This document shows, piece after piece, positions 55,218 through 62,899 of a stretch of DNA of 64,000 nt; position 1 is the stretch's first letter, and every line of letters starts with the position of its first letter. This DNA is from an uncultured Bacteroidia bacterium (lineage in GTDB: Bacteria; Bacteroidota; Bacteroidia; Bacteroidales; UBA932), in NCBI GenBank assembly GCA_902774045.1, contig CACYGW010000001.1:64070-128069 (forward strand), given 5' to 3'. Under the pieces are notes generated by a model. That model ran no database searches. It was not told the DNA's origin and saw nothing but the letters and a program-made list of their open reading frames with translations. Both the position numbers and the translations under genes were made by a program.

Positions 55218-55240
55218 TTTAAGAGGAACTGATAAAATTT

Positions 55241-56767
55241 ATGATTATGAAAAATATAGTTAAGAATATATTGTTGGGAACCTCTTTTACCGTAATCCTG
55301 GCTTCTTGCAACCTTGATCTTGAACCCAAGACATCGATTGCTTATACTCCCGGCGAGCCTGTAATCGTTACAGCCAACGACCTCACCCAGTTCACCAATG
55401 GTGTACTCGCAACTTTCAGGTCCTATCAGTCCGGCTTCTTCAATGAGCTTGATGACCTTATGTGCGATGGCTTCAACGCTTCTTCAGACTACGGTAACAA
55501 CTATGGTCCTATTCACCGTACGGATAACAGCTTCAATTCATCCGACCAGGATATTGAAAGCTACTACGGTACCTATTATATAGCAATCAACCGCTATAAC
55601 AACTTTATAGATCAGGCGAACCTTATTCCTTCTCCCACCCTCAAAGCAGAGGCTACTACAGCGAAGGGATATGCATTCCTTTACAGGGCGTTCACCTATC
55701 TCCAGCTTGTAAGGCATTTTGCAAAGGATTACGATCCTGCAACAGCAGAAACAGACCTTGGCCTTCCTATCGTTCTTCACGACGATATTGATTATCGTCC
55801 TTCAAGAAGTTCTGTGGCAGACACCTACGCACAGATTAAGAAAGACCTTGATTCTGCAGCCGTTATTCTTGCAGATGTTCCCGGCTCTCCCGCAGCAAGC
55901 CTTCCTACAATAGACGCTGTAGACGCCCTCTATGCACGTTATTATCTTGACGTAGAGGATTACGAAAATGCAGCCCTTAAGGCAGGTGGTCTTGTAGACA
56001 GCGAGCTCTATCTTCTTGCAAGCAACGACGCTCAGTTCACAGCCGAATATACAAACGATACCGGCACAGAGGCTATCCTCCAGCTCTACGCTTCCAAGGA
56101 TGAGGCTCCCCGCGCATACGATTGCTATACCCGTCTTGTAACCGTTGACAATGCAGACGCCTATGCTCCTTACTTCTTCCCTTCAAGGAAGCTTGTAGAG
56201 GCTTATGACGAGGATGACCTCCGTCTTGCAAACTGGTTCTCATTCGGTGATGTTCCCGTATTCACTTCCAGCATTCTCTATAACGATGAAGACCTGGCAG
56301 TATTCGTAAAATGGGCAGGTAACCCTGCATACGCTTCTTCAGGCAAGCCTTCAGGAAGCAATGCAATCAAGCCTTTCCGTATTGGCGAGATGTACCTCAT
56401 CGCTGCCGAGGCTCTTTACAAGTCCGGCGATCTTGAGGGTGCCGCATACTATCTTAACGCTCTTCAGACTGCCCGCGGAGCAAACATAACCGCTCCTTCA
56501 AATGCTACCATTCAGAACGAGTGGTTCAAGGAAACCGTTGGTGAGGGTCTTCGTATGAGCTGCCTTAAGAGATGGAACGTTGGATTCTCCAGCCGTCTTG
56601 GTCAGAATTGTTCCGCCGCCGACTATGTTCTTAGCCACGGTGAATCATTCGAGAACAAGTCTATGGAAGCCAGTGATTACCATTTCGTATGGCCTATCCC
56701 CAGCTATGAGCGTCGTCTGAACGACAACCTTATTCAGAATCTTGGATATAGCGCTGTTGTTGAATAA
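55241..56767 (+). CDS. SusD/RagB-family nutrient-binding lipoprotein
   Basis: 508 aa. Lipobox FTVILASC. It immediately follows SusC and has a helical TPR-like composition (e.g. RAFTYLQLVRHFAKDYD, EMYLIAAEALYKSGDLEGAAYYLNALQ). Confidence 0.9.
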   Translation: MIMKNIVKNILLGTSFTVILASCNLDLEPKTSIAYTPGEPVIVTANDLTQFTNGVLATFRSYQSGFFNELDDLMCDGFNASSDYGNNYGPIHRTDNSFNSSDQDIESYYGTYYIAINRYNNFIDQANLIPSPTLKAEATTAKGYAFLYRAFTYLQLVRHFAKDYDPATAETDLGLPIVLHDDIDYRPSRSSVADTYAQIKKDLDSAAVILADVPGSPAASLPTIDAVDALYARYYLDVEDYENAALKAGGLVDSELYLLASNDAQFTAEYTNDTGTEAILQLYASKDEAPRAYDCYTRLVTVDNADAYAPYFFPSRKLVEAYDEDDLRLANWFSFGDVPVFTSSILYNDEDLAVFVKWAGNPAYASSGKPSGSNAIKPFRIGEMYLIAAEALYKSGDLEGAAYYLNALQTARGANITAPSNATIQNEWFKETVGEGLRMSCLKRWNVGFSSRLGQNCSAADYVLSHGESFENKSMEASDYHFVWPIPSYERRLNDNLIQNLGYSAVVE

Positions 56768-56799
56768 TCGCAGAGATACCTATTAAATACTGTAAGACT

Positions 56800-57714
56800 A
56801 TGAAAAATATATATAGAATACTTGTAATAGCAGCAATCTCGGCGTTCTTCGCCTCCTGCGACAGGACAGACAAGTACGTTGGTGCCGACGGCCTGGAGTA
56901 CATCTACCCCTTCGTTACATTCGACGTTAAGACATCATACAGCGTTAGCGAGGATATAGGTCACTTCACCATCCCGGTTCGTCTTGTTAATCCTGCCGAA
57001 CTTGCATTCAACGTTACCCTTAGCGGTGTAGACGGTGATGCAATCAACGGTGTTAACTATACCATCTCTGAACCTGAGAACGGCGTGCTTTCCTTCAGCG
57101 CAAAGGATACTCTTAAGTATATCACAATCGATGTAACCCGTATCCCGGACTACAACGAGCCTGGTTATCTTAAGTTTGCTGTAACTCTTGACGCTGCTAC
57201 CAATGGAATTGCTATTGGTGCCTTCAATAAGGTTGACGTTACCATTACAGACGCTGATCACCCGCTTGCAGACATACTTGGTGACTACACCTCAGAGGGA
57301 ACAGATTATTTCGATGGCAACACATCCTGGACAACCACTCTGTCTTCTGTAGAGGGTGATGTTACTTCAGTTAGAATCATCGGCCTTACTCCTTCCTTCG
57401 TGGGTGGATATATCCCTGCTCTTGGAACGGATTATTCCTTCGTAGCAGAGGTTTCCGGAGAGGCTGGTTCCCGTACATTCTCTGTTCCTTTCGGAACACC
57501 GTTTGTTTCGCCGGTAAATGGCAACATCGTTTCCCTGTGGGGATTTGACGGAACTTATGTTTACGATGAAGGTGATCTCGTATTTGTTGAGCAGCCCGAC
57601 GGTTCATTTGTATTCGAAGACGACTGGGGCTTTGGTATAGGTTACAGGACAGCAACCGGCGGTATTTCCGTATTCGATCTCGAACTCCCTGGTGTTGTAA
57701 TGCACAAGCAGTAG
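56800..57714 (+). CDS. Surface lipoprotein with an N-terminal Calx-beta-like domain (possible SGBP-type binding protein)
   Basis: 304 aa. Lipobox ISAFFASC. Residues ~35-130 (VTFDVKTSYSVSEDIGHFTIPVRLV...VTLSGVDGDAINGVNYTISE...LSFSAKDTLKYITIDVT) follow the Calx-beta pattern. The C-terminal half is unassigned. Confidence 0.6.
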   Translation: MKNIYRILVIAAISAFFASCDRTDKYVGADGLEYIYPFVTFDVKTSYSVSEDIGHFTIPVRLVNPAELAFNVTLSGVDGDAINGVNYTISEPENGVLSFSAKDTLKYITIDVTRIPDYNEPGYLKFAVTLDAATNGIAIGAFNKVDVTITDADHPLADILGDYTSEGTDYFDGNTSWTTTLSSVEGDVTSVRIIGLTPSFVGGYIPALGTDYSFVAEVSGEAGSRTFSVPFGTPFVSPVNGNIVSLWGFDGTYVYDEGDLVFVEQPDGSFVFEDDWGFGIGYRTATGGISVFDLELPGVVMHKQ

Positions 57715-57737
57715 AATACCAGAGACATATTTATTAA

Positions 57738-57770
57738 GAAAGTCCGCCTCGTTTGAAGCGGACTTTCTTT
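57738..57770. terminator. Bidirectional terminator between convergent genes
   Basis: GAAAGTCCGC (57738-57747) / GCGGACTTTC (57758-57767), a 10-bp perfect stem. T-tract on the right, A-rich on the left. Confidence 0.8.
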
Positions 57771-57789
57771 ATATAATATAATAGGTGTC

Positions 57790-58428
57790 TTATCTCCAGG
57801 CGTCCTGCGCTGCGGGGATGCGGATGTCTCCAAGATAATCTATCTGTACAATGAACCACTGGCCGGTGCTGGGTTTTTTCCTGAGGGTAACAGGCCTGGG
57901 AGAGTCTGCTCCGCCGGAGTGGAGATACAGGGTTGCCCTGTCGCTTGCAGGATAGGAATAGGGATTAGAGGATACCTGAATCTTGTAAGGAGTGGCGGGA
58001 GTGTAGTTATTCTCCGGGGTTGCACCCTCGAATAATGCATTAACCTTGTAAAACTTCCCGTCCATAAACCTGTCAGAGATGTATCTTTGCTCTGTAGGGT
58101 TCATAGGGCCTCCGGGACCTTTAAGGAAATCCAGCATACGGTAGCACTCCTCGCGGTCTGTCTCAAATTTGGTAAGAGCCAGTACAGAGAGAGCTGCTAC
58201 TGCAAACTCATCTGTAAGTGTAGCCTGGGGAAGGGCCTTAAGCTCATTTAAATTCTGCGGAAGAGAGGTGAAAGTGTAGGTTTTATTCTCACTCTTGGCC
58301 GCATTTACGGCACTGTTTACCGCATTGTTTACGGCGCTGTTTACGGCACCGTTCAGGGCACTGTTAACACCACCGGTTAACGAACTGCCGGCGCTGTTTG
58401 TCAGGTGGTTTAGAAGATTCTTGAACAT
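57790..58428 (-). CDS. Hypothetical protein with an N-terminal (A/G)VNS tandem repeat
   Basis: 212 aa from the ATG at 58428 (MFKNLLNHLTNSAGSSLTGGVNSALNGAVNSAVNNAVNSAVNAAK...). No signal peptide is evident. The longer 400-aa ORF-track frame runs through the divergent promoter region and the opposite gene and is rejected. Confidence 0.6.
   Translation of the reverse strand: MFKNLLNHLTNSAGSSLTGGVNSALNGAVNSAVNNAVNSAVNAAKSENKTYTFTSLPQNLNELKALPQATLTDEFAVAALSVLALTKFETDREECYRMLDFLKGPGGPMNPTEQRYISDRFMDGKFYKVNALFEGATPENNYTPATPYKIQVSSNPYSYPASDRATLYLHSGGADSPRPVTLRKKPSTGQWFIVQIDYLGDIRIPAAQDAWR
58301..58384. repeat. About seven imperfect 12-bp tandem units inside the 212-aa gene
   Basis: GCATTTACGGCA CTGTTTACCGCA TTGTTTACGGCG CTGTTTACGGCA CCGTTCAGGGCA CTGTTAACACCA CCGGTTAACGAA. 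On the minus strand this encodes the (A/G)VNS repeats. Confidence 0.8.
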
Positions 58429-58448
58429 GGTCTGAAATGTTTTATGCC

Positions 58449-58456
58449 CAAATATA
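58449..58456 (-). promoter_or_regulatory. Bacteroidota -7 promoter box (TATATTTG on minus strand) for the 212-aa gene
   Basis: The plus strand reads CAAATATA, an exact TAnnTTTG on the minus strand, 20 nt upstream of the ATG at 58428. Confidence 0.5.
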
Positions 58457-58539
58457 TCAAATTTAACTCTTAAAAACAAAGTAAGTAAGTGTAATTCAAT
58501 ATAAACGGCCATATAATTGTTTTTAACGGGGGAAAAGAC

Positions 58540-58547
58540 TACATTTG
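58540..58547 (+). promoter_or_regulatory. Bacteroidota -7 promoter box (TACATTTG) for the 232aa-PorV/Q-S8 operon
   Basis: Exact TAnnTTTG 22 nt upstream of the ATG at 58570. Confidence 0.5.
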
Positions 58548-58569
58548 CAAACTCTATAGTAAAAATATT

Positions 58570-59268
58570 ATGAAAAGCTTTATTATTTCTGCATTTACGA
58601 TTCTGGCGTTCTTTGCGTTTACCGCAAATGCCGCCAAGGAAAAGAAGGTTTACACTCCTACCGAGACCTGGCCTTATATGCTGGAGGAGTTCGAAGCAGG
58701 AACCGTAAAGTCCACCACCGGGGAAGTAAGGTCCTATGAAATGCTTAACATCTACCTTCCCAACCATACTCTTCACTATGTAATGGAAGATAAGGTGTTG
58801 GTGGCCGATATGGCCAAAGTCTATCTTGTAGCCGTCGGAGAGGATGTTTACCTTAATACCGGAGGTAAACTTCGTAAAATTATGCTCGAGGGCAATAACG
58901 GCGTGGTGCTGGAAGAATCTTGGATTGATATGGAGGCCTATAACTCCGTTGACATAGGCTATGGAATCTCTTCCAGGACAGCATCGGCCCAAAATGTAAG
59001 TAATCTGTATTTCCTTAATAACTCTGCTCAGATGAATATGAATCTGACAGACCTTGTTAACAAGAGAGACAGCAAGAAATTAGAGATTCGTAAAAGCCTG
59101 TACCTTAGGGTGAACGGCCTTCTTTACAAGGCTGATATTAATGAGATTGCGGCTATGATGCCGGATAGCAAAGCCGCCAAGAAAGAGCTTAAAAAGCTTA
59201 AAATCAAGTGGAAAGACCCTAACTCCCTTATTGCGGTAGTAGATTATATTTACGAGAAAACAAAATAG
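58570..59268 (+). CDS. Secreted hypothetical protein (first gene of the PorV/Q-like + S8 operon)
   Basis: 232 aa. Cleavable-type signal MKSFIISAFTILAFFAFTANA. I recognise no family motif. The C-terminus is Lys-rich. The stop is 9 nt before the next gene. Confidence 0.65.
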   Translation: MKSFIISAFTILAFFAFTANAAKEKKVYTPTETWPYMLEEFEAGTVKSTTGEVRSYEMLNIYLPNHTLHYVMEDKVLVADMAKVYLVAVGEDVYLNTGGKLRKIMLEGNNGVVLEESWIDMEAYNSVDIGYGISSRTASAQNVSNLYFLNNSAQMNMNLTDLVNKRDSKKLEIRKSLYLRVNGLLYKADINEIAAMMPDSKAAKKELKKLKIKWKDPNSLIAVVDYIYEKTK

Positions 59269-59277
59269 AAACACATC

Positions 59278-60210
59278 ATGCGAAAACCTAAACTAATTTT
59301 AATTTCTGCCATCTTATTGATGGGTGGGACTGTGATGTTTGCACAGGGAGGGCAGGAAGCATTGCCTTTTATGCGCATAGACAGGGACCCTGCTACGGCA
59401 GCTATGGGTGGAGCCGGAACGGCTTCAACGGAGTCAATCGCCTACAGCGCATTCAAGAACACATCGGTCATCCCTTTCTCCCAGAAGACCTTCGATATCG
59501 CCGCATCTTTCCAAAACTGGGCTCCCGATGCCGCCAAGACCACCAATGTTAATTTTGGCTTCGGCGCAAAGGCCGGCAAAAACTTTGGCTTCGCCCTTGG
59601 TTTTGCAACCCAGAGCGGCCAGAAGTACGATGTTATGAGCGAGACAGGCTCTGTAACCGGCGACTTCACCCCCAAGGACTTCGTTATCAACGGCGGTTTT
59701 GGCGTTGCCTTCACGGAAAAGATAGGCATGGGCCTTACTGCAAGGTACGCATCCCAGAAGATTGCCAAAGGCGTTTCTTTTAACACCGTTGCTTTTGACG
59801 CCCTTCTTTACTTTAAGCCGGCTCCTGAGTTCGGACTCACCGCCGGAGTGGCTTCCATAGGAGGAAAAATAAAGGACGAAAGCGGCAAATCCTTCGACAT
59901 CCCCTCTTCTGTACACGCAGCCGGAGACTACACCACTTCTTTTGAAAAGAATTCCTTCAAGGCAGTCCTTGATCTGGACTACTACCTTTCAGGAAACGTA
60001 AACGCCGCACTTGGTGCCCAGTACGGATACAATGACCTGCTCTTCGTAAGGGCCGGTTATCATATCGGAGGCAAGGAGGCTGTCCTTCCTTCTTTCGCAA
60101 CTGTGGGCGCCGGAATTAAATTCTACGGTGTAAATATCGATGTTGCCTATCTTACCGCAAATGACTATCTTGGCAACACCATCACTATCGGTATAGGATA
60201 TAGTTTTTAG
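59278..60210 (+). CDS. PorV/PorQ-family (FadL-like) outer-membrane beta-barrel protein
   Basis: 310 aa. Signal LISAILLMGGTVMFAQ followed by ALPFMRIDRDPATAAMGGAGTAS, the N-terminal signature I associate with the PorV/PorQ family. Alternating beta-strand pattern throughout, with a C-terminal aromatic (GIGYSF). Confidence 0.7.
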   Translation: MRKPKLILISAILLMGGTVMFAQGGQEALPFMRIDRDPATAAMGGAGTASTESIAYSAFKNTSVIPFSQKTFDIAASFQNWAPDAAKTTNVNFGFGAKAGKNFGFALGFATQSGQKYDVMSETGSVTGDFTPKDFVINGGFGVAFTEKIGMGLTARYASQKIAKGVSFNTVAFDALLYFKPAPEFGLTAGVASIGGKIKDESGKSFDIPSSVHAAGDYTTSFEKNSFKAVLDLDYYLSGNVNAALGAQYGYNDLLFVRAGYHIGGKEAVLPSFATVGAGIKFYGVNIDVAYLTANDYLGNTITIGIGYSF

Positions 60211-60213
60211 GAT

Positions 60214-62898
60214 ATGAGGAAGATTCAATATATAGCAGCAGCGTTTGCTGCAATGGCTGTTTTTTCTTGCAGCAAGGCCGAGCTGGAACAGGCAGAGGCC
60301 CCTGTAGATCAGATTAAACAGAGCGATGCCACCCAGGAACCGGAGTACAGGAACCAGGTAAGCGGAAGTATGATAGTGGAGTTCGACGACGCCACCCTTT
60401 CACTTATAGAGAATGACCTTATGGACGGCAAGCTCGTTACCAAATCAATGGGCCTTAACTCGGCTCTGGACGAGCTTAATATTGTCTCAATAGAGCGTCT
60501 GATTCCCGCCGGGGGCGAGTACGAGGCTCAGCGCCGTCAGTACGGACTTCACAGGTTCTATGTGGTTAAATACGACGAGAAAATAACTTCTACCAAGGCT
60601 CACAATGAGTTTATATCGGTAAAGGGTGTGGTTAGCGCAGACCCTGTACGCAAGGTCCGCCGCCGCTCGGTGAACGACACCTACTACAGCCGTCAGTGGG
60701 CCCTTAAGAATAACGGTTCCGGCAACTTTACCGCCGGGATGGACATTAACGTAGAGCCCGTATGGAATAACTTCACTACCGGAGACCCCAGGGTTATAGT
60801 TGCCGTTACCGATGGTGGCGTGGCCCTTACTCATAACGACCTGGCTTCCAATGCACTGCCTGCCCAGGCAGGTGGCAGCCGTAACTGTATGAAGAGCAAT
60901 TACAGCATTGACGTAGACGACCACGGAACCCACGTTGCGGGAACCATCGCCGCCATTACAAACAACAACCGCGGTGTCGCCGGCATTGCCGGAGGCGACT
61001 ATGCCAACAATGTTGCCGGTTGCAAGGTTATGTCCTGCCAGATTTTCAATGACGATCCGTACGACAATGACAATGGGTCCGATGCTACCTGTATTCGGGC
61101 ATTTACCTGGGCAAGGGAGAACGGAGCCGTCATAAGCCAGAACAGCTGGGGCTATTATGCCGATACCGACGACAATGGTTATGTAAGCACTTCCGAGTAC
61201 AACGCTTTTAAGAATATTACCGTGGGTAATTCCTTCAAGCAGGCCATCCAGTACTTCGTAGACCTTGCAGGCTGCGACGCCAACGGCAACCAGAGGGAAG
61301 ATTCTATGATGAAGGGCGGAGTGCTCTTCTTTGCCAGCGGCAACGAGAACATAGACCTGGACCCTATCTGCACCCAGTGCAATGTTATCGCCGTAAGTTC
61401 ATTCGCCCCGGATGGAAATAAGGCTTACTATTCCAACTACGGAACCTGGGTAGACCTTGCAGCCCCGGGCGGTGATGCCTACTTTAACAACGGAGAAATT
61501 TACAGCCTGGCTCCCGGTAACAAATATGCCTGGATGCAGGGAACTTCCATGGCCTGCCCTCACGCTTCCGGCGTAGCGGCCCTTGTGGTTTCTTACTGCG
61601 GCGGACAGGGCTTCACCAATCAAATGCTCGTAGATAAGATGCTCAACGGTGCAGTATCCGGCGTGCTTACGTCTTCTGACCCCATCGGTTCCAAGCTGGA
61701 TGCTTACGGAGCCATTACCTACGGCCTTTCCACAACTCCTCCCGCACCTGTCGCCAACTATACTGTTGCCGCTGTTGCCAACAGCATAGACTTCTCCTGG
61801 AAGGTAACTGCAAATGCCGCCGGCACGGCAGTTTGTGCAAAATATATTCTCCTGGCCTCCGAGAGCAGTTCTACACTTTCTGCCGTAGATCCCAAGAATC
61901 CCGGCAGCGGTGTATTCTCCAAAGTTATAACCGTTCCAGATGGCTCCGTGGTAGGTAACGACCTTACCGGTCGCATAGCAGATTTGGAATTCTCTACCAA
62001 GTACTACGTGGCAGTTGTAGCCGTAGATGCAGGTAACGCATACTCTGAACTATCGACCATAAAGAACATTACTACCAAGCCCAACAATCCTCCGGTAGTA
62101 ACCGTATCGTCCGACGCTCCTGCGCAGATTAAGGCTTGGCAGACAGTTACCGTTCCCGTAAATATAGAGGACCCCGACGGTCATTCATTCACGGTCAGCC
62201 TCACCCACGGTTCCGACGCCGACAAACTGGACTACAACATTGGCAGCAACTATCCCATAGTTGTAAAGGGCTCGGGCGCAAATCCCGGCACTTACACGGC
62301 TAAAGTAACTGCCACGGATGCTTACGGTGCATCGGGCAGCGCCAACTATACCTACACCCTCCTGGAAAACAGGGCTCCGGTCATAGTTAAGAATATGGAG
62401 AATATCATAAGCTACAAGGTAGGAGACATTACCACCTACACAATTGACTCTTATGTGACCGATCCTGACGAGGAACCGCTCAGCTATACCTTCTCTTACA
62501 GCAATAACGGTATAGTACATTGCAACATCTCCAACGGGAAACTTTATGTAACCACCCTTAATTACGGAACCACTTCCGTATCCGTAGTTGCAACCGATAC
62601 CCTTGGCAAGAGCGTTACCCTTACGTTCCAGATTCTGGTAAGGGATCCTAATTCCGATATGGTTGATACCTACCCTAACCCCGTAACCACCATCCTGTAC
62701 GTACGTACCGGCGAGGCCGAGGTTCCTACTACCGTCAAGCTGTCATCCTCTACAGGCTCAGAGGTATACAACGCTACCTCTACCTTCAGCGCCTTCAGCC
62801 CTCTGGCAATCGATATGTCCGACTGCGCTCCGGGCGTTTATTCACTGAAGGTTACCTTCGGAGGTAATACTTACACCAAGACGGTTGTGAAGAGATAG
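60214..62898 (+). CDS. S8 subtilisin-family serine peptidase with Fn3/Ig-like repeats and a T9SS C-terminal sorting domain
   Basis: 894 aa. Catalytic triad contexts VAVTDGG (Asp), DDHGTHVAGTIAA (His), GTSMACPHASGVAAL (Ser). An N-terminal I9-like propeptide. The C-terminal ~80 aa (TYPNPVTTILYVRTGE...GVYSLKVTFGGNTYTKTVVKR) fits the type A T9SS CTD. The N-terminal signal carries a lipobox-like Cys (AVFSCSK). Confidence 0.9.
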   Translation: MRKIQYIAAAFAAMAVFSCSKAELEQAEAPVDQIKQSDATQEPEYRNQVSGSMIVEFDDATLSLIENDLMDGKLVTKSMGLNSALDELNIVSIERLIPAGGEYEAQRRQYGLHRFYVVKYDEKITSTKAHNEFISVKGVVSADPVRKVRRRSVNDTYYSRQWALKNNGSGNFTAGMDINVEPVWNNFTTGDPRVIVAVTDGGVALTHNDLASNALPAQAGGSRNCMKSNYSIDVDDHGTHVAGTIAAITNNNRGVAGIAGGDYANNVAGCKVMSCQIFNDDPYDNDNGSDATCIRAFTWARENGAVISQNSWGYYADTDDNGYVSTSEYNAFKNITVGNSFKQAIQYFVDLAGCDANGNQREDSMMKGGVLFFASGNENIDLDPICTQCNVIAVSSFAPDGNKAYYSNYGTWVDLAAPGGDAYFNNGEIYSLAPGNKYAWMQGTSMACPHASGVAALVVSYCGGQGFTNQMLVDKMLNGAVSGVLTSSDPIGSKLDAYGAITYGLSTTPPAPVANYTVAAVANSIDFSWKVTANAAGTAVCAKYILLASESSSTLSAVDPKNPGSGVFSKVITVPDGSVVGNDLTGRIADLEFSTKYYVAVVAVDAGNAYSELSTIKNITTKPNNPPVVTVSSDAPAQIKAWQTVTVPVNIEDPDGHSFTVSLTHGSDADKLDYNIGSNYPIVVKGSGANPGTYTAKVTATDAYGASGSANYTYTLLENRAPVIVKNMENIISYKVGDITTYTIDSYVTDPDEEPLSYTFSYSNNGIVHCNISNGKLYVTTLNYGTTSVSVVATDTLGKSVTLTFQILVRDPNSDMVDTYPNPVTTILYVRTGEAEVPTTVKLSSSTGSEVYNATSTFSAFSPLAIDMSDCAPGVYSLKVTFGGNTYTKTVVKR

Positions 62899-62899
62899 G

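Noticed and set aside
58429-58992. N-terminal 188-aa extension of the minus-strand ORF 57790-58992 (400 aa in the ORF track).
   Set aside because: The extension runs through an AT-rich spacer containing two divergent TAnnTTTG boxes and then antisense through the 5' part of the signal-peptide gene at 58570. The internal ATG at 58428 sits 20 nt downstream of a -7 box.
51763-62898. Genomic island integrated at tRNA-Ser (a tRNA followed by SusCD and protease genes with a somewhat different codon flavour).
   Set aside because: There is no integrase, excisionase, transposase or mobilisation gene. I could not find a direct repeat of the tRNA 3' end. The codon difference is modest and compatible with expression bias. 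It is kept only as a low-interest note.
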